Positions 29,324-37,650 of a stretch of DNA of 64,000 bases are shown piece by piece. Source of the stretch: a virus; the IMG/VR virus record IMGVR_UViG_3300025534_000007, positions 5,657 to 69,656 of that record. The stretch is one strand, 5' to 3'. Each line of letters starts with the position of its first letter. The first letter of the stretch is position 1. Position numbers and translations under genes: made by a program. The notes beneath the pieces were generated by a model that saw nothing but the letters and a program-made list of their open reading frames with translations, ran no database searches and was not told the DNA's origin.

Positions 29324-30718
29324 TCAGCCTATGATCCTTAGATCAAGGTGATCGCGCTCATAGGTCCCGCGTCGGACAGCGAACTGGTCTCGGAGCACCG
29401 TCACCTTGTCGTCGTAGAAGTCGTAAACGATCGGGGGTGCCTTTTCCGAGTGGACGCGCTTGACACGACCAACCATCTGGCGAACCGGAAGCGGCTGCCT
29501 CGTCGGCCAGACCAAGAAGAAGCGATCGAGGCGCGGGATGTCGAGCGCCTCTTGGCCGACCGTCGAGATGATGAGGATGTCGCCGTCATTCGCAGCCTCG
29601 ACGATCTTCGCGCGCTCTGCGCCGGACTCATCGCCCGTCATCATCATGACACGGTCCCTAGGCCATCCGTGCGCCATCGCCCATGCTGCCAGCTCATGGG
29701 CATGAGACTTCTGATCGGTGTGGGCGAGGCAGGTGTGACCACGACAGCTGGCCATGATCTTCGCGATCACGGTGTTGCGTCCGCCGTGGACCTTCAACTC
29801 CTTGATCATCTTCTGCCACTGGCGACGCTTGTCGCGGGCGTTCGCCTTCCACGGGAACTCGAACGGAGTTCGCACCGCGATGACCTGCGGACGAACGAGC
29901 ACGCCAGCCTTTTCGAGCATATTGTCCGTCGTTCGGCAGATGATCTCACCTATGATCCCGCGCGACGCGATCGTCATCCACATGAACCGATCGGGCGTCG
30001 CAGACAGGCCGATCCTGTACTTGGCCGGGAAGCGCTGGAACAGCTCACGCACGGTTTCCGCGCTCACTGCGTGGCACTCGTCCAGGATCACGGCCCCGAA
30101 CTGGCACCACCAATTCCGAGCATCGAGATCATCCTTCCGGCGCCACAACGCCTGGCGCAGCGCGACTGTGATGTCGCCTTCGCTCCACGACCCTTCGCCG
30201 ATCAGGCCGACCGTCATCCAGTCGCCGAGCACGCTGCGCAGGCGCTCGATCCACTGTGTGGCGATGTTGATCCGGTCGACGATCACGAGCGTGCGCTGGC
30301 TTGCGCGTGCGATGAAGTGCGCTGCCGTGATCGTCTTGCCCGCGCCCGGTGGCGCCTCGTAGATGCCCTGCTCGCACGCAAGCATACGCTCGATGGCGAC
30401 AGCCTGGTAGTCGCGCGGCCGGTACTCGTCCGAGATCTCGACGTTCAGGTCGATCGGAGCTTCGACGCGCCGGTCGTCCCAGACGGCCTTGTAGCCGCAC
30501 TGCTCAAGTCCCTTCGCGAGCTTGTATGCGAAGCCTCGCGGGATCGTGAGCAGCCCGTCGGTGTCGCGGCGCAGCATCGGGACGAACTGCATCGGGTCGT
30601 CCGGGTTGCGCACGTCGAGCGCGCTCTCCAGCAGTCGCCTCGTTCGATCGTCGAGAAGCCGATCGTCGAGGCGCAGGAAAGCGTCTACGCGGATAGGGAT
30701 CTCGGTGTGATGAGCCAA
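29324..30718 (-). CDS. superfamily II (DExH) helicase
   Basis: PRDYQ, APPGAGKT, ILDECH, GLSATPDR, QMVGRVKR motifs. Confidence 0.9.
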   Translation of the reverse strand: MAHHTEIPIRVDAFLRLDDRLLDDRTRRLLESALDVRNPDDPMQFVPMLRRDTDGLLTIPRGFAYKLAKGLEQCGYKAVWDDRRVEAPIDLNVEISDEYRPRDYQAVAIERMLACEQGIYEAPPGAGKTITAAHFIARASQRTLVIVDRINIATQWIERLRSVLGDWMTVGLIGEGSWSEGDITVALRQALWRRKDDLDARNWWCQFGAVILDECHAVSAETVRELFQRFPAKYRIGLSATPDRFMWMTIASRGIIGEIICRTTDNMLEKAGVLVRPQVIAVRTPFEFPWKANARDKRRQWQKMIKELKVHGGRNTVIAKIMASCRGHTCLAHTDQKSHAHELAAWAMAHGWPRDRVMMMTGDESGAERAKIVEAANDGDILIISTVGQEALDIPRLDRFFLVWPTRQPLPVRQMVGRVKRVHSEKAPPIVYDFYDDKVTVLRDQFAVRRGTYERDHLDLRIIG

Positions 30719-30721
30719 CGC

Positions 30722-30735
30722 CCTGTCAATATAGG
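30722..30735. promoter_or_regulatory. motif copy CCTATATTGACAGG (minus strand), 3 nt before the helicase start
   Basis: Matches the genome-wide palindrome at 13 of 14 consensus positions counting the variable core. Confidence 0.55.
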
Positions 30736-30759
30736 ACCTTTGTCAAGGCCCCAGGAACG

Positions 30760-30793
30760 AGAAACCCCACCGGCCGGGGCCGATGGGGTTTCT
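30760..30793. terminator. hairpin, terminator-like on both strands
   Basis: AGAAACCCCA/TGGGGTTTCT plus CGGCC/GGCCG. Confidence 0.55.
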
Positions 30794-30827
30794 CCGGGCA
30801 TCGGGGTCATGGACCTATGTTGATACC

Positions 30828-31235
30828 CTGGGTGCGCTCATCACTTCGCAGACCCAGTGACGAGGATACCAAGTCCAGAGGTCTGCGAGGTGATCAAAGC
30901 GTAGCAAGCGATGCTGCGCGCACCCGGCTACGGGAGTCGAGCAGACCTCCTCCCTGCGGCACCGGGGTCGCCCGTCAGAGGGGCATCAAGTCTCGCTGCT
31001 CAGGTTGGCAACTGAGACAGCGTGGGTGAGATGGCGATCCCGACAAGGGATAGGGCTCCTTCAGGGCGCCCTGTGTCCAACTGCGGAGCGATCCAGCCAA
31101 GCACGGCTGCGAGGCGAGCGTCAGCGAGCCGAGAAGCCGTGCGCTGGTCAGATGTCAGACGAGATGTCGTCGACATGACCATCTACCAGGGCGAGTTCCG
31201 TTCGCGAGGGCGCTAGCCCGAGCGAACAACTCGCC
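30828..31235 (+). ncRNA. candidate structured non-coding RNA, family unknown
   Basis: At least nine helices in ~400 nt with no convincing ORF; non-Watson-Crick pairs read as G-U or tandem GA on the + strand; TATGTT hexamer within the motif copy at 30814-30827. Confidence 0.55.
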
Positions 31236-31369
31236 AAAGAAACCGATGTCATCCTTGACATCTATGATCATAGGTCAGGAGTAGTGATGAAGAAGAACGC
31301 CCAAATTCAGCGAGAAGCCGTCGGCTATTTGCGCCCTCTTTCCTGCGGCGCCAATCGGAAGGGGACCTC

Positions 31370-31858
31370 GTGAACGCCATGAGCGAGAAGCGATACTCCA
31401 TCACCCAGGCTGCGGCTCTCTTGGACCGATCGGTCAACACGCTGCGGTCCTGGGATCGGAACGTCAACTTCCCCGAGGAGCTGCGTCCGTATCGCGACGA
31501 TCGAGGTCACCGCTACTGGACGCCGGAGCTGATCAAGAAGATCCAGAAGTGGATCGACGAGGCCGGCTTCTACCCCGGCAACTCGATCGCGTACAAGCCG
31601 GATTCCGAGCGGCGCGCCGAGCACCTTCGCCGCATTCGGGAGTCGCGCCGCCGACAGAAGGCGGGCAGCTCCACTGAGATGGAAGAGAAGCTCGACGAGC
31701 TGTACGAACTCGTTGTCGAGGCGTTCGAGAAGCACAACCGCTCTCTGGAGGATGTCGTCGATCTGCTCCCCACCGTCGCCAAGCAGCGCGGCATCCCGAT
31801 GGAGGAAGCGCTCGAAGTCGTCCGCGACGCCGCAAACGACGTCCAGGCCCACGCTTAG
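31370..31858 (+). CDS. MerR-type HTH DNA-binding protein
   Basis: YSITQAAALLDRSVNTLRSWD...RDDRGHRYWT. Confidence 0.8.
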   Translation: MNAMSEKRYSITQAAALLDRSVNTLRSWDRNVNFPEELRPYRDDRGHRYWTPELIKKIQKWIDEAGFYPGNSIAYKPDSERRAEHLRRIRESRRRQKAGSSTEMEEKLDELYELVVEAFEKHNRSLEDVVDLLPTVAKQRGIPMEEALEVVRDAANDVQAHA

Positions 31859-31946
31859 ACTCCTTCTCCCGCGTGATGGGCTTGTAGCCGTGCTCCTGTG
31901 TTGATAGGATCAGCGGCGCAAGCTCATCACTCGCGGAAGGAGACCA

Positions 31947-32441
31947 TTGCCTACTAACGAGATCGTCTACTCGCAGTCCGAGCAGATCGGGCTGCCGAAC
32001 TGGTCATACATCAACCTCCTCGCTAGCGCGAAGGCGACCGTCGAGCTTGGCAACGAGCCCGTCGCGTATGACCACCTGCACGCAGTCATCAACGACTTCA
32101 TCTTCGATCGCGCCGAGCGCATCGTGAAGGCGCTGAACGTGGCGTTCGAGTGCGAGCACGAAGACCGCGAGCGCGTCGTGGTCGGCCAGCGCCACGACGA
32201 CCCGGACTCGATCTTCTCCGGAGGCGTCGAGTGCACGTTCAGCCTCACGGAGCAGATCGACATGACTGCCGTCAAGGGACAGACCTGCAACACGAGGCTC
32301 ATGGCTTCGTCGAAGGTGGTCTGGCTCCCGACGAGCATCGAGGAAGGCTTCAACTACCTGGCCGACTTGGTCTCCGCGCAGATGGGGCAGAAGCGAAGCG
32401 CTGTCCTGTCGAATCCGCGCCCCTGGATCAACAACCGATAG
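31947..32441 (+). CDS. hypothetical protein
   Basis: AAGGAG RBS, TTG start, 164 aa; motif copy upstream at 31895-31908. Confidence 0.6.
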   Translation: MPTNEIVYSQSEQIGLPNWSYINLLASAKATVELGNEPVAYDHLHAVINDFIFDRAERIVKALNVAFECEHEDRERVVVGQRHDDPDSIFSGGVECTFSLTEQIDMTAVKGQTCNTRLMASSKVVWLPTSIEEGFNYLADLVSAQMGQKRSAVLSNPRPWINNR

Positions 32442-32496
32442 GGCATCTGTCGGGGCGCCCTGCACGGCGCCGAGATCACGACCAAGAAGGACCCAG

Positions 32497-33846
32497 ATGG
32501 ATATCGAGCGTGCGTTGCTCAGTCGTTGCATCAACACTGGTGACGTCGAGACTCTGATCTCGCGTGGCGTCGGGCCTCAGCACTTCTCAGACCAGAGCAG
32601 GCCGATCTTTCAGACCATCGTCCGTCACCTGGCGCAGTACGGAGAGCCTCCAAGCCGGGAGGCCGTGCTCATGGAGCACCCGAACTACCGCCTCGACGCT
32701 CCGACCGACAGCGTCGAGTTCCTGCTCGACAAGTTCGTCGAGCACGTCCAGCGACGCGAGGCAGAGCAGGCTGTGATCGACCTGGCTGAGCGTCTGCGCG
32801 ACCCGCACGAGCAGGCGACGCCTGAGCTGCTCTTCATGGAGTACACCGAGCGCGTCGCGCAGATCATCCCCAACAGCAAGATCTCGCGGCTCAGCGATGC
32901 CCCCAAGCGCATCGACCTGTTCCGCAAGCAGCAGGAGCTTGGACGTCTCCCCGGCATCCCCATTGGCATTCCAGAGCTGGATCGCATCATCCTCGGCGTC
33001 CAAGGACACGAGCTGGTAGTCATCAGCGCGCCGTCGAGCTGGGGCAAGTCCACGTTCCTGCAACACATCTGCCTGTCGGCCTACCTCAACGGCGCCAGCA
33101 AGAAGGACACCCCGGCCTTCATCTCGCTGGAGATGGAGGGCGACGCGCTTCTGCGCAAGTTCGACACGATGGCGACCAACTTCTCCTACACGCTCCTGCG
33201 CGCGATGGAACTCGGCGTCGGCGACATCGAGCGCTGGGAGAAGTGGGGCGAGCGCGTCTCCAACGCGCCCAACGATATCATCATCATTGACGACATCGCC
33301 GAGTGCACCGTTGAGCGCGTCTTCGCCGAGGTCCTGCGATGGAAGCCGAACGCCATGTTCGTCGACTACTTCGGCATCATGACTCCCAGGCGCGTCGGCG
33401 GCGATGAGCACGTCTCGATGGCCAACATGGCCAAGGCGCTCAAGCGCATTCCGCGCCGCACCAACATCCCGCTCTTCACGGCTGCGCAGACCAACCGCTC
33501 CGGCTTCAAGGACGGCGTGCGCGCCGACAACGTCGCCGACACGATCGAGATCTTCCGCTCGGCCGACATCATGCTCGGCCTCCAGTGGGACCCCGATGAT
33601 AACCCGGAAGAGATGACCGTCGAGATCATCAAGAACCGCGATGGTCGCAAGGGCTCGGCAACGATCGCCTGGGACCTGGAGCACATGCTCATCGGCGAGA
33701 AGAAGAAGTGGGCCTCGCGCTCTGAGATGCAAGCCATGATCGGCGCCAAGATCGACCAGGTCCCGCAGCCTCAGAAGCCCAACCTCTCCGTCATCAACAA
33801 CCCCTTCGCGCAGGCCAACATCAACCCGGAGGTCGCTGCGGCGTGA
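32497..33846 (+). CDS. dnaB: replicative helicase, DnaB-like
   Basis: APSSWGKS Walker A, ISLEM, FVDY, AAQTNR, ADIMLGL, KNRDG. Confidence 0.9.
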   Translation: MDIERALLSRCINTGDVETLISRGVGPQHFSDQSRPIFQTIVRHLAQYGEPPSREAVLMEHPNYRLDAPTDSVEFLLDKFVEHVQRREAEQAVIDLAERLRDPHEQATPELLFMEYTERVAQIIPNSKISRLSDAPKRIDLFRKQQELGRLPGIPIGIPELDRIILGVQGHELVVISAPSSWGKSTFLQHICLSAYLNGASKKDTPAFISLEMEGDALLRKFDTMATNFSYTLLRAMELGVGDIERWEKWGERVSNAPNDIIIIDDIAECTVERVFAEVLRWKPNAMFVDYFGIMTPRRVGGDEHVSMANMAKALKRIPRRTNIPLFTAAQTNRSGFKDGVRADNVADTIEIFRSADIMLGLQWDPDDNPEEMTVEIIKNRDGRKGSATIAWDLEHMLIGEKKKWASRSEMQAMIGAKIDQVPQPQKPNLSVINNPFAQANINPEVAAA

Positions 33847-34913
33847 GCCGCAGACTCGACCTCTCCCAAGTCGATGTCGTCGAGTTCCTCACCAAGCTCG
33901 GCGTCCAGATCGGCGAGGTCGGCCAGGAAGAAGTCCGCTTCCACTGCCCATACCCGGCGCACGAGTTCGGCGACCGACACCCGAGCGCTTATATCAACCG
34001 GCACACGACCGCATGGACATGCTTCTCATGCGGCGCCTCTGGCAACGCGATCACCTTCCTGGCCGACGTCGCCGACGTCCCGCGATCGACCGCGCGCCGC
34101 TGGATCATCGAGGCATGGATGCCCGACGCCAGCGAGATCGAAGACCTCGCAGACTGGGTACGCAGCTACTTCGCCCAGGGCGATCGCCAGACGGACGAAC
34201 GCAAGCCAATCGCCTACCTCGACGAGCGCTACTACCTCGACCGCGCCGTCGACTGGCACGACCCCGAACCGACCCCGTGGAAGGCGTACATGTTCGGGCG
34301 CGGCTTTACCCCTGACATCCTCTCCTTCTACGAGGTCGGCTACGACCCGATCTCCAACCGGCCCTGCATCACCGTCCGCGACCCGAACGGCAAGCTCGTC
34401 GGCTTCAAGGGCCGAGCGATGGACGACTCGCACCCGAAGTACATGGTGCTCGGCGATACCCCGTCCAGCTTGCAGTACTTCGGCGAGCGCTACGGGTTTG
34501 CGCCATACGACGCCAAGCGCCACGTGTTTGGGCTCGACAAGGCCGAGATCGTCGACGACACGCTCATCGTCATCGAGGGCGAGCTGAACGTCATCGCCGC
34601 GCGCCAGAAGGGACTCCCCAACGTCTGCGGACCATCAGGCTCGACGTTCAGCGACGAACAGGTTGAGCAGATCACCGACGCCTGCTCGCGCGTGGTCTTG
34701 CTCATGGACTCGGACATCGAAGACCCGATGAGCGCCGCGACGGCACGATCCAAGGTGCTCGCAGCCATCGATCAGTTCGGACACTACGTCGATGTCTGGG
34801 TCGTGCCGGAACATGAAGGCGACCCGGCAGAGATGAATGCATCTGATCTGCACGCGCTCGTCGACGAAGCAATGAACTCGTTGACGTACCGATTGAAGAT
34901 GCGTCTTGCATAG
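33843..34913 (+). CDS. dnaG: DNA primase (zinc finger + Toprim)
   Basis: CPYPAH...PSA...WTCFSCG; LVGFKGR; VIEGELN; LLMDSD. Confidence 0.88.
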   Translation: MSRRLDLSQVDVVEFLTKLGVQIGEVGQEEVRFHCPYPAHEFGDRHPSAYINRHTTAWTCFSCGASGNAITFLADVADVPRSTARRWIIEAWMPDASEIEDLADWVRSYFAQGDRQTDERKPIAYLDERYYLDRAVDWHDPEPTPWKAYMFGRGFTPDILSFYEVGYDPISNRPCITVRDPNGKLVGFKGRAMDDSHPKYMVLGDTPSSLQYFGERYGFAPYDAKRHVFGLDKAEIVDDTLIVIEGELNVIAARQKGLPNVCGPSGSTFSDEQVEQITDACSRVVLLMDSDIEDPMSAATARSKVLAAIDQFGHYVDVWVVPEHEGDPAEMNASDLHALVDEAMNSLTYRLKMRLA

Positions 34914-35000
34914 GCGAACGACTGCCGCTATATTGGTACCTGCGTCTAGCAACTAGCTGCACTAGTCCGTATCGCAGCACGATCAAAGGAGATTCAGCAC

Positions 35001-35810
35001 ATGCCTAAGGGATTCGAGAGCGCGAAGAAGGTCGGTGGTCGGCGCACCGGCTACGGTTTCATGCCACGCCCGCGCGGGATCAACTACTTCCGCCTCAAGC
35101 TCGACGGTGAGTCCGCCGTCATCCGGTTCCTCGACAACCACGACGAGATCAGCTGGGTGCGTCAGTGGCGCCTCCCGCCGTCGGCGAACTTCCAGTACGG
35201 CGAGTACGTCAACGCCGTCGACCAGTACGAGGACGGGACGCCGGACCCCGGCTACGCGGCCAACCTCCGCGCCTCGGTCCGCGCCTACCCGATCGTCATC
35301 TGGCGTAACGCGCCGGTCTACCAGCGCGACAACGATGGCAAGCTCGTCACCGGCAGCAACGGCGAGCGGATCATCATGGGCTACCAGGACCAGCTCGCGG
35401 TCTGGGAGATCTCGTACCGCACCTACGAGATGCTCGGCGAGCTGGACAAGAAGCAGCGCGCCAGCTCGCGCCAGGCTGGGCCCGAGGTCGGCCTCCCCTT
35501 CGTCGACTTCGAGGTCACGCGCAAGGGGCGCGGCACCGACACGCAGTACGTCTTCTACCCCGAGGGCGTGCCGGGCCAGATGTCGACGCAGGACCAGCAG
35601 CTCGTCGCGCAGTTCAAGCAGCAGTACGTGCAGGCGGTCGAGCAGCTCACTAAGGTCCCGACCTACGACCAGCTCGCCAAGTACATCAACGAGGGCGTTC
35701 CGTACCAGGATCAGCGAGCGCAGTCGCAGGAGGACAACAACGTCACCCAGATGGTGTCCAACAACGCGATCGGTCTGGACGGGGTCAACCCGTTCCTGAA
35801 CGTCGCCTGA
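35001..35810 (+). CDS. putative single-stranded DNA-binding protein (phage type)
   Basis: YFRLKLDGESAVIRFLD...DFEVTRKGRGTDTQY; located after the primase. Confidence 0.6.
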   Translation: MPKGFESAKKVGGRRTGYGFMPRPRGINYFRLKLDGESAVIRFLDNHDEISWVRQWRLPPSANFQYGEYVNAVDQYEDGTPDPGYAANLRASVRAYPIVIWRNAPVYQRDNDGKLVTGSNGERIIMGYQDQLAVWEISYRTYEMLGELDKKQRASSRQAGPEVGLPFVDFEVTRKGRGTDTQYVFYPEGVPGQMSTQDQQLVAQFKQQYVQAVEQLTKVPTYDQLAKYINEGVPYQDQRAQSQEDNNVTQMVSNNAIGLDGVNPFLNVA

Positions 35811-35847
35811 TCGCATCACAACAGATCCAAGTCAAAGGAGGATCACG

Positions 35848-36360
35848 ATGCCAGCAGCAAAGAGAGGCAGACGTCGGGCGACGGCCTCGTCAGGCCGCAA
35901 GCCCGGCGCCACCCGCTCCGGGCGCGTCTACAAGCTCTACGCGCTTGGTGACGACGGCAACGAGCTGACTTATCTCGCCGATTCGCCTCCCACCACAACC
36001 GGCCAGGCCGCTGTCCTGGCCGCTGTGAAGGAGGGCACGGTCGAGGCCGGTGTCAAGATCGTCCCGCTCCCCGAGTCGGCGCTGTCGGCGACCGAGATCG
36101 AGGCGCAGGAGATCCGCGAGACCGTCTACACGATCAAGGCCAGCGACGAGCCCAAGAGGCGCGGAGGCCGCCGTCGCAGGGTCGACGACGCAGGCGAGGA
36201 GGAGACGACGACTCGCCGCGCCACGAAGGCCAAGAGCGCCAACGGACGTCGCCGGTCTAGGACGGCCAGCGAGCCTGTTGAGAAGCCCACCGCTCCGGCG
36301 CCCGAGCCCCCGGAGCCTCCGGCGACGCCGGATAACCCCTTCACCGCCCAGGCAGAGTAG
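35848..36360 (+). CDS. hypothetical protein with basic and Pro-rich low-complexity tracts
   Basis: AAAGGAGG RBS; Arg-rich ends; ends PDNPFTAQAE. Confidence 0.65.
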   Translation: MPAAKRGRRRATASSGRKPGATRSGRVYKLYALGDDGNELTYLADSPPTTTGQAAVLAAVKEGTVEAGVKIVPLPESALSATEIEAQEIRETVYTIKASDEPKRRGGRRRRVDDAGEEETTTRRATKAKSANGRRRSRTASEPVEKPTAPAPEPPEPPATPDNPFTAQAE

Positions 36361-36370
36361 TGGGCGACGC

Positions 36371-36421
36371 TGGAGCCCGGCCGTAGGGCCACAACGACCC
36401 TGGGAGGTCGGCCGGGCTCCA
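36371..36421. repeat. 13-bp inverted repeat (hairpin)
   Basis: TGGAGCCCGGCCG (36371-36383) / CGGCCGGGCTCCA (36409-36421), intergenic. Confidence 0.7.
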
Positions 36422-36459
36422 GTACATCCTCTCCCATAGACGACTAGGAGGCAAGCCCT

Positions 36460-36795
36460 GTGATCGATCTCGTCCAGGGATGGGAGTACGACGTCCTTCT
36501 TCCGTCCCTCACGACCGACGACGGCCGCACCTATGAGAACAGCCAGTTCCGCGCCACCTACAAGGAGCGTCGAGTGGCTCCACACACCCCGCAGTCTGAC
36601 GACGTCAAACGCAAGAACGTCACGATCTACGTCTTCTGCGACCGCCTCGGCAAGTCCATCGAGGTCGAAGAGCCCCACCTGAGCGCTGCACACATCACTC
36701 CGATCCGGACGCCGAACACGGTCAAGAGGGTCAAGACCATCAGGTCGGGCGGCCCGGACAAGCTCACCAAGGACGACGACCCCCTCATGCTCTGA
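36460..36795 (+). CDS. hypothetical protein
   Basis: AGGAGG RBS, GTG start, coupled to dcd. Confidence 0.6.
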   Translation: MIDLVQGWEYDVLLPSLTTDDGRTYENSQFRATYKERRVAPHTPQSDDVKRKNVTIYVFCDRLGKSIEVEEPHLSAAHITPIRTPNTVKRVKTIRSGGPDKLTKDDDPLML

Positions 36796-37343
36796 TGATC
36801 CTGTCGGACCGCGACATCGTTGACCTCTGCCGAACCGGCGGACTTGTCGAGCCCTTCATCATCGACAACGTCCAACCCGCATCGATCGATCTGCGACTCG
36901 GCAACGACTTCCGCGTCTTCGTCCCTCACTCCGAGGGCACGATTGATCTCGCTAGCCCGACCGACATCACCAAGCCCGTCTACGTCGACGACGATCGATC
37001 GTTCGTCATCCACCCTGGCGAGTTCGTCCTCGGCGTGACGATGGAGCGCGTCAGCATCCCCGGCGACCTCGTCGGCCGGGTCGAAGGCAAGTCGTCACTC
37101 GGCCGCCTCGGGCTCATCGTCCACGCGACTGCTGGCTACATCGACCCGGGTTTCGTGGGCCGAATCACGCTGGAGATGGCCAACCTAATGCGCGTCCCGC
37201 TGCGCATTTACCCAGGCCAGCTCATCTGCCAACTCAGTTTCCACCGCCTCGCCACCCCGGCTCGCTCGCTCTACCAGGGCCGATACCAGGGCGACATGAC
37301 GGTGGCCGCCTCGCGATTCAAGATGGGAAGGGCTCATGACTGA
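36795..37343 (+). CDS. dcd: dCTP deaminase
   Basis: MILSDRDI, QPASIDLRL, PGEFVLG, EGKSSLGRLGLIVHATAGYIDPGF. Confidence 0.95.
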   Translation: MILSDRDIVDLCRTGGLVEPFIIDNVQPASIDLRLGNDFRVFVPHSEGTIDLASPTDITKPVYVDDDRSFVIHPGEFVLGVTMERVSIPGDLVGRVEGKSSLGRLGLIVHATAGYIDPGFVGRITLEMANLMRVPLRIYPGQLICQLSFHRLATPARSLYQGRYQGDMTVAASRFKMGRAHD

Positions 37344-37641
37344 CTCGCACGACGAATTCAAGGCCGATCTGCGCGCGGTTCTCGACGACCTGTACGACTT
37401 CCTCGTCTTCAAGAACCGCATGTACGGCGACTCGGCGCTCAACCCGGTCCGGTGCTTCTCCAAGCTGTCGTCGCTCGACGCCATCCGCGTCCGGATCGAC
37501 GACAAGATCAGCCGCCTGATCAGTGGCCAGCAGGACGACGACGAAGACGTCGTCCGCGACCTCTTCGGCTACCTCGCCCTGTACCACGTCGCCAAGGAGC
37601 GAGCTGGAAAGTCGTCGCGGGCCGCACATTCGGTCAGCTAG
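37336..37641 (+). CDS. DUF1599/Nmad1-like (MazG-fold) nucleotide-modification-associated protein
   Basis: KNRMYGDS...IRVRIDDKISRL...EDVVRDLFGYLAL. Confidence 0.7.
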   Translation: MTDSHDEFKADLRAVLDDLYDFLVFKNRMYGDSALNPVRCFSKLSSLDAIRVRIDDKISRLISGQQDDDEDVVRDLFGYLALYHVAKERAGKSSRAAHSVS

Positions 37642-37650
37642 GAGGCACTA

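Noticed and set aside
29310-29345. Direct repeat CCTATG-N3/4-TTAGATCA at the helicase 3' end
   Set aside because: The second copy lies within helicase codons and neither has the ATAGG arm; too weak to count as a motif copy.
30861-30930. Resemblance to RNase P RNA conserved regions (GAGGA..AAGTCC and ACCCGGCTA)
   Set aside because: The two blocks are only ~50 nt apart, the first has a 4-nt insertion, and only 4 bp of a P4-like helix form; probably chance. A covariance-model search would settle it.
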